From NCBI GenBank assembly GCA_964013445.1, contig CAXGWX010000001.1, forward strand, positions 5,055-69,054: a stretch of DNA of 64,000 nucleotides, in the 5' to 3' direction. Under the pieces are notes generated by a model that worked only from the letters and a program-made list of their open reading frames with translations, did no database searches and was not told where the DNA came from. Of this stretch, positions 21,828-31,353 are shown one piece after another. This stretch comes from an uncultured Bdellovibrionales bacterium. Lineage in GTDB: Bacteria > Myxococcota > XYA12-FULL-58-9 > JASMKV01. Both the position numbers and the translations under genes were made by a program. Numbering within the stretch: position 1 is the first letter of the stretch; every line of letters starts with the position of its first letter.

Positions 21828-22607
21828 TCAGCTTGCTTGTTTTTTTTGCATGGAGACATGTTCTTTGTAGCGCTTAATCACTTCATCTGTCGGGCCATCC
21901 GCAACAATCTGCCCCTTATCCATAAAAATAACGCGTTCGCAGTATTCAGCAATCAACGGCAAACTATGTGAAACCATGATAACCGTAACCCCTTTGTCGA
22001 ATATTTCCTGCATCCGAACCTGGCACTTTAATTTAAATGATTCGTCACCGACAGCAAATATTTCATCCAAGAGAAGTATTTCAGGCTCTATATCCGCAGC
22101 AACAGAAAATCCTAGCCTGGTGCGCATTCCTGAAGAATAGTTTCTGATTGGAATATCAATATGCTCCTCAAGCTCAGCAAAATCCACAATTCGGTCAAAT
22201 CGCTCCTGCATATTTTGACGGGAAAGTCCCATGATTGCACCATTTAAGAAGATATTTTCACGGCCTGTTAACTCCGCATTAAAACCTGCGCCTAACTCGA
22301 TCAATGGGGTAACCATCCCGTGAACAGAAATGTTTCCTTCTCGGGCCGGAAGTACAGAGGCGATTGCTTTTAGCAGTGTGCTTTTTCCACAACCATTTGC
22401 GCCAATGAGGCCCAAATGCTCACCACGTCGAACATTTAAATCCAGGTTGCGTAAAGCCCAAAACTCTTTGAATTTAGAGCCTGAGAAAAGATTTACAACA
22501 AAATCCTTTAAAGTCACTGTCTTTTCACGATACTGGCGATAACAAATACCCAAATTACTTGCTTCTATAATATGCTCTTCGCCACTATGTTCATTCACTT
22601 TAAGCAT
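21828..22607 (-). CDS. ABC transporter ATP-binding protein for glycan export (Wzt/TagH/KpsT-like); no C-terminal carbohydrate-binding module
   Basis: Walker A GANGCGKSTLLK, LSGGM signature and Walker B LLLDE. Start taken at the ATG overlapping the wzm stop (ATGCTTAA junction). The listed ORF extends to 22628. Confidence 0.8.
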   Translation of the reverse strand: MLKVNEHSGEEHIIEASNLGICYRQYREKTVTLKDFVVNLFSGSKFKEFWALRNLDLNVRRGEHLGLIGANGCGKSTLLKAIASVLPAREGNISVHGMVTPLIELGAGFNAELTGRENIFLNGAIMGLSRQNMQERFDRIVDFAELEEHIDIPIRNYSSGMRTRLGFSVAADIEPEILLLDEIFAVGDESFKLKCQVRMQEIFDKGVTVIMVSHSLPLIAEYCERVIFMDKGQIVADGPTDEVIKRYKEHVSMQKKQAS

Positions 22608-23376
22608 AGAAAATAAAATTATCCTCATTCTTCACAAAGACAGCCGAGCCCAACACAAAAACTGCAACCGCCAAGCCAAAGCCTATAGTCCATGTACTCA
22701 GAGTTGATAATGTTCCGTAATATAAAAGATCACGGATAACCGTAACAGGATAATAAGCAGGATTAAATTTTAAAAGAAATGCCGCCTTTTCTCCAAAAAG
22801 GCTTACCGGATAAATAATTGGCGTCAAATAAAAAAGTGCTCTAAGCATTGTGGCCGTTAAATGTGTGAAGTCCCTAAAAAAGACATTTAATGTCGACATG
22901 AGCAACGCACTACCCACCGTAAAAAGATAGAGCATGGCAAAAGCCATCGGCAAAAGTATAATAGACGGCATGATGGGGTAGGAAGCGACAAGCGCAATCA
23001 ATATATAGGCTATTAATGAAAATACTAGATTAACAAAATTAGAAGTCACGATTGCTACAGGAAAAACGATTTTAGGAACATAGATTTTTTGAATTAAACT
23101 ATACTGTTTAACGATGCTGTTTTGCCCAGCATCAACAGACTGAGAAAAAAACATCCAAACAATAAGACCTGAGAGCAAAAAGAGGGCATAAAACTCCTCC
23201 TGAACGCGCGCAACACGTGAAAACACCCCCCATAACACCAACATCAGAAGAAGTGGATTAAGTAGAGTCCAAAAAAATCCAAGAAAACTACCTCGATAGC
23301 GAGTTTTCAGCGTTAAAAAAACCAAATGCGCCGTCAATTCCCGGTATCTATATAGCTCCTGCAGGGCCTTTAGCAT
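22600..23376 (-). CDS. ABC-2 type transporter permease (Wzm/TagG/KpsM-like)
   Basis: 258 aa with about 6 predicted TM helices. Directly upstream of, and overlapping, the ATPase gene. Confidence 0.7.
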   Translation of the reverse strand: MLKALQELYRYRELTAHLVFLTLKTRYRGSFLGFFWTLLNPLLLMLVLWGVFSRVARVQEEFYALFLLSGLIVWMFFSQSVDAGQNSIVKQYSLIQKIYVPKIVFPVAIVTSNFVNLVFSLIAYILIALVASYPIMPSIILLPMAFAMLYLFTVGSALLMSTLNVFFRDFTHLTATMLRALFYLTPIIYPVSLFGEKAAFLLKFNPAYYPVTVIRDLLYYGTLSTLSTWTIGFGLAVAVFVLGSAVFVKNEDNFIFYA

Positions 23377-23502
23377 AACATCCTATACTCTATGCTTTGT
23401 TGCGATAAGTAACTTTACATTAATCAATTTCAACCATAAAAGCCATTACGCAATACTTATAATAAGTGAGAAATACAAGCATTTAAGGAGATCCGGTTCA
23501 CA

Positions 23503-25695
23503 ATGCAGGCAAGATTCGGCAGCATCATAAGAACCAAGCTGAAGTGGCTCCTTCTGAAAGTTGCACAAAAAAGTGCTTTTCTGCGGCTGTACAGCGATAT
23601 CTTAAAAAATATACTGAGAAATTCAATACATTTTCCCAAAATCACTATCGTTGTTCCACTCTACAACGAAGAGCGGTTTGTTGCTGAGACCATTAAAAGT
23701 ATTCAAAACCAAAATTATAAGAATATTGAAGTTTTGGTTATCAATGATTGTTCTACAGATCAAAGTGTCAACGTTGCAAAGCAAGCATTTGCTAATGATT
23801 CCAGATTTCAGCTGATTAATCACGACACCAATCAAGGGCTTGCCGCTTCACGGAACACAGGCATTAAACATGCCACGGGCGAATATATTACCTTTCTTGA
23901 TTCAGACGACTGCCTTGTCCAGCATACATTGTGGCACAGGGTCCGCGCCATGCAGCGCAATCATTCTTCTGATATTGCAGGGAGTTATTGCATAACAACC
24001 ACCACAGCTGAAGATTTCAATTTTTCCCTGCTGAGCAAGCTCGCCTATAAGCGTCCCCCGCCAATGGCTGATATCGATTTTATGTCTTGCAAGGGAGAGT
24101 GCCCATTTAACGCCCACGCTCCTCTTCTGAAAACTGCTATCATACAGAAATTCAGTGGATTCAACGAAGAAATGCGGCACGGGTGCGAAGATTGGGAGTT
24201 CTGGCTACGTATCATGCGACACGGCTATCGTTTTATACCCAGCCACCATATAGGAGCCATATACAGACAGAAGAATTCGGGCATGATCCATACAATGGCT
24301 TCACAACATTACAAATATGCTCGCGACCTCATTGAATCAGCATATCAATCATTTCCCGAGCATCTCCACATTAAAGGCACGCCTTTCGTCTACAAAGAAC
24401 CACTTTCTTTCTATCAGGAAACACTGGTGAAGATGCGCAGAGCCACCCAATTTGCTGCCATTGGCTATATCGCAAATGGCAAAGAGGGATGTGCCGATAT
24501 CATTAAATCTATGCCCCCCTGCCCAAGGATATGGCTTCGTAAACATCTAAGCATTCCAGGTCTTGTGGAAGCGGGCATTCGTCGATACCTAAAACTGTCG
24601 CCCAAAGAATACCTCAAGGTTCGCAACAGTTATCTTGACCGACGCGATGAAATTACCCAGCTTATCTGGAGTCAGATACACCCCCAAACAGGAACACAGT
24701 CGACTCAGCATATAGACGTCCTATTTATTCCACACAATGCATATCACACCTATGAAATGTCGTTTTGTCTGCCCTATTTAAAAAAACAAGGGATTAGCTA
24801 TTTATTTATCAACGTTGATAAGGTTTATAAAAATGAAGGTGTCGAAAAGAAAGCTTTGGAGCTGGGCCTGCCCTATGCTGACTATTCTGAAAATATTTTA
24901 GACCGTTATTCCCCAAAAGCCATCTTTGTCATGAACGATTGGGGAGGAGTTGTTGCAGAGACAGTAAAACTAGCTAATGATACTGGTATTCATACTCTTG
25001 GTTTAGTCGAAGGAGTTCAGGACTATCTTGACACTCATGTAGAACATATTGGAGTTGGGCATAAAAGAAACCCCTACCAAACGGTGAAACATCCTTTGGT
25101 CGTAGGGGAGTATGATAAACAGTTTTTTCTTGCAAGCGACCCCATAGTGGTGGGTTCTCCTCGGATTGAAAATCTTTTAACAAAAGAATATTCTCCCCCA
25201 GAAAAACCTCTTGTTTGTATAAACAGTAATTTTACCTATGGCGTCTACACCAACATCCAAAAAGAGTGGATCGATGATGTCATTTCCGCATGCGATACAC
25301 TCGGCTTGCCATATGTCATATCTAAACACCCTGCAGATCGCATTGTGCTTGAACAATACAATGTCGCAGATAGACACCTTTATGAAATATTACATGAAAG
25401 TTCGGTTCTAATTAGTCGTTTCAGCGGGGCGATTTTAGAGTCAATGGCCATAGGCACACCTGTTATATATTATAACCCTCATGGCGAAAGGGTTGACTGC
25501 TTTCAAAATAGCCTAGACGCTTACCCCGTCGCTAAACATAGAAAACAGCTTATTGGGGCTCTAGAGGGCATCCTTTCTATGAACAATCGAGCAGCAAGAG
25601 ACGTAAAGAGTTTTTTTGATTTTCATGTCTATACCAATGAAAAGACTTGCGCTGGTGAACGCATCGGTCAGACAATTGCTAAAATTATATCATAA
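23503..25695 (+). CDS. Two-domain glycosyltransferase: N-terminal GT2 plus C-terminal GT-B-like (TagF/KpsC-like) domain
   Basis: AAGGAG RBS 10 nt upstream of the ATG. ITIVVPLYNEERFV...NDCSTD...LDSDD GT2 motifs in the first about 250 aa. A roughly 350-aa C-terminal domain with alternating beta/alpha character; that assignment is tentative. Confidence 0.6.
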   Translation: MQARFGSIIRTKLKWLLLKVAQKSAFLRLYSDILKNILRNSIHFPKITIVVPLYNEERFVAETIKSIQNQNYKNIEVLVINDCSTDQSVNVAKQAFANDSRFQLINHDTNQGLAASRNTGIKHATGEYITFLDSDDCLVQHTLWHRVRAMQRNHSSDIAGSYCITTTTAEDFNFSLLSKLAYKRPPPMADIDFMSCKGECPFNAHAPLLKTAIIQKFSGFNEEMRHGCEDWEFWLRIMRHGYRFIPSHHIGAIYRQKNSGMIHTMASQHYKYARDLIESAYQSFPEHLHIKGTPFVYKEPLSFYQETLVKMRRATQFAAIGYIANGKEGCADIIKSMPPCPRIWLRKHLSIPGLVEAGIRRYLKLSPKEYLKVRNSYLDRRDEITQLIWSQIHPQTGTQSTQHIDVLFIPHNAYHTYEMSFCLPYLKKQGISYLFINVDKVYKNEGVEKKALELGLPYADYSENILDRYSPKAIFVMNDWGGVVAETVKLANDTGIHTLGLVEGVQDYLDTHVEHIGVGHKRNPYQTVKHPLVVGEYDKQFFLASDPIVVGSPRIENLLTKEYSPPEKPLVCINSNFTYGVYTNIQKEWIDDVISACDTLGLPYVISKHPADRIVLEQYNVADRHLYEILHESSVLISRFSGAILESMAIGTPVIYYNPHGERVDCFQNSLDAYPVAKHRKQLIGALEGILSMNNRAARDVKSFFDFHVYTNEKTCAGERIGQTIAKIIS

Positions 25696-25882
25696 AGGCG
25701 TATTTGTAATACTTGCGTGACATACTTTTAATCTAGCCCCGTATTACTCCAACGCTTCTTACTCAATTGGTTGGAGCATGAGTAACAATGAATATAAAAC
25801 CTGCATCCACCACTCAAGAAAGCCAACAAGTCTAGCCCAAGTCTCTCGTCAACAGGATCGCACTCTTCTGAATGACTCCGGC

Positions 25883-28800
25883 TTAATTGAATATTCTCCT
25901 GATCTTCTTTATAACACCAGAATATCGGCTATTTGTGCCTTGGCCAGACTCCTCGAAAAATCTTTCACTCTTTGTGTTGAGATGCACACCCTTGCCCTCT
26001 AATGCTAGATTTTTAGCCTCAATAACACCATCTCGCCTGGAAATGGCTTCATTCTTCTCATTTATAACATCATCTCGCCTGGAAATGGCTTCATTCTTCT
26101 CATTTATAAGGGCTGTCTTTGCCCGCAAGGCTTCGTTCTTCTCATTTATAACACCATCTCGCCTGGAAATGGCTTCATTCTTCTCATTTATAAGGGCTGT
26201 CTTTGCCTGCAAGGCTTCGTTCTTAGCCTCAATAATCAAATCACGACGCTTCAAAGCACTGTTCTTTTCAAGGATAAGAAAGTTCTTTTCCGCCAATGCT
26301 TGATTTTTTTCAGCAATGGTCTGATCGCGCCTAAGTAATGCCATGCTTTTATCCTTCATCGATGCTGTATGCTTACCTTTATTAAGAAAAGACTGTTCCA
26401 GCTTAGATGAGCGTCCAAAAACACTATCTATTTGCATAATCAAATTTGAATATTTTGCCGCATCAAATTTTTCAATAAACTCCTCAACGACTCTTTCCAA
26501 CTGCCCCCCTAGCATATCCCTCCACTGGTTGATGTCGCATTGATAATATCTAGAAACCAACCATCGAGACATTTCTTCAATCTCTCGGGTAGTAATTGCA
26601 GATGTCAAATGCGGCCACATCTTATCTGCTATCTGTTGAGCCTCATCCTGCTTGCCCGCTAAAATATTCCACAAAACCCCTTGCCACAATCGCTTGTTCA
26701 TCCGGTATCTCATGTGTGCCGCACCAAACCCGTCTCGATACTCATCTAGGGCGTGCCCACTACAATCATCAACACTATAAACTTTATCTAAAACGAAATT
26801 AAGTTTGTTCAAGTGAGCATTATAGTCTGAGAACACTGTCCCCTCTGAGGTCTGTACATATTTAACCATCGCGTCAGGAACATTATTAAAAACAACCCCG
26901 CATCTCGCTAAACGCTGAAAAAAGTCCCAGTCTTCTCCATTAGCAATAGTGGGGTCAAATAATGCATATTTAGGAATAAATTCACTTTTCAAAAATAGTG
27001 CGTTGCAATGAAATGGGCACCCATCCATATTTAAGAATGTCGTTGTTTTACGATTTTTCGAAGTAATCCAGCTTAGATGATCCTTGTTTCCGTCGACAAT
27101 TTCGGTAGGACAATAAACCGCATCATGATCGAAATCGATAAGGTGCTGCATGCGTAAATGTATGGAACCATCACAAAACACATCATCCGCATCCAAAAAT
27201 CCTATATAATCACTCTCTGCCGCCAGCATTCCCGTATTTCTGGCATTTGATACCCCATTTTTGTCACTGTCTATTACCTTTATGCGCGAGTCATTCCCGG
27301 CTATATTATATAGTATTTCCCTGTTCTCCTCATTAGACCCATTATTAACAATAATAACATCCAGCCGTGGATAATTATCCTCAAAGACTGAATCTAATGC
27401 CTCCTGTATGGTGCTGCCTGCATTGCGGTAAGGTATAACTATCGAAATTGAAGGATAAAAATCGTTCTCATATTCTTCACCCAAATATGTATATCTTTTA
27501 CGCAGAGCCGGCAAATAAGACGGAGTCAACACATCAAACTTCTTACCGCGACTTTCCGCAAGTGTAATCCATTTATCTAAGACATCTCGGTGAGTAGTAT
27601 TGTACTCATTAAAATCAATATCAAAAAAGCTTGGATGAGCCGTTTTTATGTTGGCCATTTTAGAAGTAATTTGAGTCTTTTTATTATGCTTCCAATAATA
27701 ATCGTCTTCCTTCAATTTACGTCCGTCGCACCCAAGAATATGAATATGATTCGAAAATGTTGCGGCCAAAGGAATCATCATATTTGTTAGAATGTTTCCT
27801 GTCGTTTCGATATAAAACTGGTGGTTTAGGTTCAAATTGGTCCCTTTACCGCTTTCCAATGGTACACCAACACACCGCTCTTTTAACTCAGGAAAATAAT
27901 GAGTGAACAGCCTGTAGTAATTAAATGGAATCATAATCGGGAGGTCATATTTACCAACAACATCTAACAGTTTTTCCCTGTACTCTTTAGCGTATAAGTT
28001 ACACCCAAAATGGAAAATAGGATCGCCAAAGACCAACATCTCAGGGTTAACATATTTAACCAATTCATCATCAAAAATTACACTGTTACAAATAATTCTT
28101 AGACCATCATCGAAGTTGTAATTCGGGTATTTATCAATGGATGGCCCCGTCGCGAACAGATAGGATTTTTCCTTCTTACCTAGGCGATGTGCCAATTCCA
28201 TTAACCGAGCTTTGCACTCTTCAACATCGGCTTCCTTTTCGGGATAGTTATCAGGGTGCAACCCTGCCTTGATGTAAAAGGAACCTTCATAGCGCTCATT
28301 AATATTGTCAACTCGCCACCTCTGCTTCGCGCCAACTTCTTTCTCGAAAGCCTGTTTCCATATGGAGCTGGGATGCGTTGTTAAATCCCAATGCATTACG
28401 AGATCTGCCGAACGAAAAACCTTTACGGGAGCATTGGTATCGCTCGCATTAAGAACATGAATCTTGTCACGAATTTCTTCATAAACTCCAAGAATTGAAG
28501 GGTCCAGATAATCAGGAACCTCAAATTCAAAGCCTGAAAGGTCCAAGTTTTCGTCACAAAAGAAATAAATCTCTCTAAAATCAATAACACTTAAATACCA
28601 GCACGCTCTAGCAATATGGTCATTCAAATCGTCCAGAGTTGAGAAAAACGGGTAATAAAAGACAATGGGTTCAATAAACTCTTCGTGCCGAACAACATTG
28701 CTCTCTGTCAAATTCTTTATCTTTCGTTCGCGATTCTCTATCATGATATGCTGTTTATTTATGATTCGTTGTTGCGATGTAAAAATCTCTGATGCCAGTT

Positions 28801-29497
28801 GAAATTGTTCAGCTAAATCGGAAGATTTTAAGGCAATCAAATTTCCCCAGCCGTTATTGTCACCTAAATCACATGGGTATTTTGTTAGTGACCTCCATGT
28901 ATGTTGCATTCCATATTCGACAATAGGATACCACTCAGACACAAAAACCGTATAACCTTGTTCAATAAGATAATTAGCGATATCTCTAAACCTATAGCCC
29001 AACGGTATCGTTTTACGGTTTTCAAACTCACAAATAATATATTCTGGCTGTATTTGAGACCAATCATTCGATTTCAATACAAAATAGTCGAAACCTTCTG
29101 TATCAATTTTTAAAAAATCTATTTGATCGATATTTTTCTCATTACAAAAATCATCTAACCTAATCGTCTCAACGTTAAAATGTGATCGATGACTCGTATG
29201 AAATGAACTGAGCCCGCTGATACCGGAGCTAACATCGCTCTGATAAAACGGCAATACATCGCCCGTCTGTTCCCCTATAGCGCGTGTGTCAACATCAACA
29301 TTTACAAATTTTTCGATTGATTGTAAAAGTCTCTCACGATTTTTTGGATCAGGTTCAAGAGCAAATATTTTCCATCCATCTTCCGCAAAACGTTTCAGTG
29401 AACCCCCATAATGCGCACCAACATCAATCATGGTACGGAGTCCCGTATTGGCACCATTACTCTTTATGAATTGATAAATGAGTTCTACTTCGTTCAT
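25883..29497 (-). CDS. Multidomain glycan-assembly protein: N-terminal FkbM-family methyltransferase, central domains, GT2 glycosyltransferase, C-terminal coiled coil of 14-aa repeats and a basic amphipathic tail
   Basis: FkbM motif MIDVGAHYGGSLKRFAEDGWKIFALEPDPKNRE near the N-terminus. Start chosen at the ATG (complement of 29495-29497) preceded by an AGGTG RBS; the listed ORF extends to 29575. GT2 motif ISIVIPYRNAG...IVNNGSNEEN...LDADD at about residue 700. C-terminal repeats (KNEAISRRDGVINE / KNEALRAKTALINE) followed by GVIKKIRRIFN. Confidence 0.7.
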   Translation of the reverse strand: MNEVELIYQFIKSNGANTGLRTMIDVGAHYGGSLKRFAEDGWKIFALEPDPKNRERLLQSIEKFVNVDVDTRAIGEQTGDVLPFYQSDVSSGISGLSSFHTSHRSHFNVETIRLDDFCNEKNIDQIDFLKIDTEGFDYFVLKSNDWSQIQPEYIICEFENRKTIPLGYRFRDIANYLIEQGYTVFVSEWYPIVEYGMQHTWRSLTKYPCDLGDNNGWGNLIALKSSDLAEQFQLASEIFTSQQRIINKQHIMIENRERKIKNLTESNVVRHEEFIEPIVFYYPFFSTLDDLNDHIARACWYLSVIDFREIYFFCDENLDLSGFEFEVPDYLDPSILGVYEEIRDKIHVLNASDTNAPVKVFRSADLVMHWDLTTHPSSIWKQAFEKEVGAKQRWRVDNINERYEGSFYIKAGLHPDNYPEKEADVEECKARLMELAHRLGKKEKSYLFATGPSIDKYPNYNFDDGLRIICNSVIFDDELVKYVNPEMLVFGDPIFHFGCNLYAKEYREKLLDVVGKYDLPIMIPFNYYRLFTHYFPELKERCVGVPLESGKGTNLNLNHQFYIETTGNILTNMMIPLAATFSNHIHILGCDGRKLKEDDYYWKHNKKTQITSKMANIKTAHPSFFDIDFNEYNTTHRDVLDKWITLAESRGKKFDVLTPSYLPALRKRYTYLGEEYENDFYPSISIVIPYRNAGSTIQEALDSVFEDNYPRLDVIIVNNGSNEENREILYNIAGNDSRIKVIDSDKNGVSNARNTGMLAAESDYIGFLDADDVFCDGSIHLRMQHLIDFDHDAVYCPTEIVDGNKDHLSWITSKNRKTTTFLNMDGCPFHCNALFLKSEFIPKYALFDPTIANGEDWDFFQRLARCGVVFNNVPDAMVKYVQTSEGTVFSDYNAHLNKLNFVLDKVYSVDDCSGHALDEYRDGFGAAHMRYRMNKRLWQGVLWNILAGKQDEAQQIADKMWPHLTSAITTREIEEMSRWLVSRYYQCDINQWRDMLGGQLERVVEEFIEKFDAAKYSNLIMQIDSVFGRSSKLEQSFLNKGKHTASMKDKSMALLRRDQTIAEKNQALAEKNFLILEKNSALKRRDLIIEAKNEALQAKTALINEKNEAISRRDGVINEKNEALRAKTALINEKNEAISRRDDVINEKNEAISRRDGVIEAKNLALEGKGVHLNTKSERFFEESGQGTNSRYSGVIKKIRRIFN
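25990..26330 (-). repeat. In-frame 42-bp tandem repeats (about 7-8 copies, the central ones near-identical) encoding the coiled-coil region of the 25883..29497 protein
   Basis: Near-perfect copies of ttctcatttataacaccatctcgcctggaaatggcttcattc and a sister unit alternate between about 26020 and 26220. More diverged copies lie on both sides. Confidence 0.85.
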
Positions 29498-30031
29498 GCC
29501 TAAACACCTATAAAATGAGGAATTACCTCGAATAATAAAAATCGCTATATAGTTAGTATTGCCCAGATATGTCAATCAACCCATTAGTGAATTAACACCG
29601 CAAAGGGGTAAAAATTAGGCGCATAAGCCATATCAGTTCGCATTAATCACTCACTTGCGTCATCACATATTGCTGTCTTTCTGCAAACATTTGCTGCAAG
29701 CACTACGGCGCTCTGCTTAACCAAAAACAAATCGCATCCATGTCCATAAATCTTCAAGTATCTTCACAAGTTAAGATTAAGACGACAAACAATGTTAATC
29801 TAATTTACCTGCACTTGAGTGAAGGAAACTCCCTAGCATATCATAGAAGCTTAAAAATTTATAAAGTATAGAAAGTTTTCCGTAAGTAAGGTATCGTTTC
29901 GCCTGAATTACAAAAACATCCTCTGGAATTCATCGATGAATTTGCAAAACAGCTTGCACCGTTTCAGATTGATGCCATATGCACAAAACGCCCAGATTTA
30001 TGGAATAAAAGTTTTTCTAAGCAATAGCTGC

Positions 30032-30697
30032 TCAACTTATACCGTAGCTTTTTCTAATCTCTTCAAAATTAGTGTACCAGGTCATTTCTGGGTAAGTCTT
30101 AACCAAAATGCTTGCTTCATCTTCAGCCAAAGCAACAAAAGGCACCTGGTGTTCGGCCGCAGCGTTATAATCACTTAAGGCATCGCCAAAAAAGAAACAT
30201 TTGGTTGTATTATAACCATAATCATCAACCAGACGGGCGACATGCTCCCCTTTTGAGGTCGGCGCACCCAAAACTTCTTTAAAATACTTACTCCAACCAC
30301 GTCTCGCGACAATAAGCTCTATCTCTTCTTGAGGCGTTGCGGAAATCACAAATGCTGGAACACTGGCCTTTTGGGTATATTCTTTTAAAAAGTTTTCTGC
30401 ACCTGGAATCTCATCTGCTGCAATAACTTTCTCAACAACCAATTGCGCAAACCCTTCGCAAAGCTCTTCCATTTTTTCTGCCGATAACGGTTCTTTTAAA
30501 AACTCCTGATAATAGACCTTAAATTTATCTCGTCTTGTCATGCCACCATTAGCCAGATGGTGCTCAACAACTTTTTGCTCAACGTCTGAACCATGGTGCG
30601 CAAAAAGCGCGGCAAATGCTTCGGTCTTCACGTTAACCGAATCCGCCAAGACGCCATCGAAATCAAAAAATAATGCATCAATATCTTCTGGGTTCAT
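30032..30697 (-). CDS. HAD-superfamily hydrolase (phosphatase, subfamily IA-like)
   Basis: DxDG motif I (FFDFDGVLADS) right after the proposed start. The start ATG overlaps the stop of the upstream cyclase gene (ATGA junction). The listed ORF extends to 30721. Confidence 0.7.
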   Translation of the reverse strand: MNPEDIDALFFDFDGVLADSVNVKTEAFAALFAHHGSDVEQKVVEHHLANGGMTRRDKFKVYYQEFLKEPLSAEKMEELCEGFAQLVVEKVIAADEIPGAENFLKEYTQKASVPAFVISATPQEEIELIVARRGWSKYFKEVLGAPTSKGEHVARLVDDYGYNTTKCFFFGDALSDYNAAAEHQVPFVALAEDEASILVKTYPEMTWYTNFEEIRKSYGIS

Positions 30698-31350
30698 GCT
30701 GTCCATCCGATCATTGTACAAGGAGCGCCATCACCCTTATGTATGCGCAAGGGTAGAGCAATAACCTTTGTAAGTGGTTTATCTAGATTTTCCAAAGAGA
30801 GGTCTTCGTAGATGAGAATATCTCGACCCAAGTATTCCTTATGCGCTGTTCTGCCTATTTCCCTGTGTTGGTAACTGGATAAAGAAATAAAATCGAAGCC
30901 AATGGCGCGTAACCCTGGAAATCTGGATTTCAAATCCTGAGCTGAATCCGGGTGCATGCCTGGATTTGACTGCCAATATGTATCTTCACCGCGTTTCGCT
31001 TCAAATCCGGTTCGAATAAGAATAAAATCAACTTCCTGCGGAGCGTCAACAAGAACCTGAGAAAGCTTTTCAAATTCAATCAGCTCACCTTCTTCTGCCT
31101 CATAATCGATATAAAGCGGTGATTCATATATCCACTCAGTAGGAGCATAATCGGTTATCGTCTTACCATCGGCCAAAAAGTGATATGGCGCATCAACATG
31201 ACTGCCGCTATGGTTGGGGAAATCAAGATGGGTATTGTTACTCGTGTCCCCCCGAGCAATGGAGCGAACATCCTTGAGTTCAATATTCTTTGCACCGCCA
31301 TAAAGGGGTGTTGTTTTACCAATCGGATGGGATAACCAAAAACAATCCAT
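30694..31350 (-). CDS. Cyclase-family protein (kynurenine formamidase-like metal-dependent hydrolase fold)
   Basis: HxGxHxDxPxH motif (HSGSHVDAPYHF). 218 aa. Confidence 0.7.
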   Translation of the reverse strand: MDCFWLSHPIGKTTPLYGGAKNIELKDVRSIARGDTSNNTHLDFPNHSGSHVDAPYHFLADGKTITDYAPTEWIYESPLYIDYEAEEGELIEFEKLSQVLVDAPQEVDFILIRTGFEAKRGEDTYWQSNPGMHPDSAQDLKSRFPGLRAIGFDFISLSSYQHREIGRTAHKEYLGRDILIYEDLSLENLDKPLTKVIALPLRIHKGDGAPCTMIGWTA

Positions 31351-31353
31351 TGC

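Noticed and set aside
25742-25776. 7-bp inverted repeat CTCCAAC…GTTGGAG between convergent GT genes, a terminator candidate
   Set aside because: Long 16-nt loop, no U tract, and low stem stability. Too weak to annotate as a feature.
25887-26303. 138-aa plus-strand ORF with internal repeats (SRLEMASFFSFI…)
   Set aside because: Antisense shadow of the 42-bp coding repeats of the large minus-strand glycan protein. Not independent evidence for a gene. Also not a CRISPR array: no spacers, and the units are contiguous and in frame.
29576-30031. 456-bp AT-rich spacer upstream of the giant glycan gene, examined for a mobile-element end, attachment site or riboswitch
   Set aside because: No inverted repeats, integrase, direct-repeat flanks or conserved riboswitch cores were recognised. 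Most simply a promoter/leader region.
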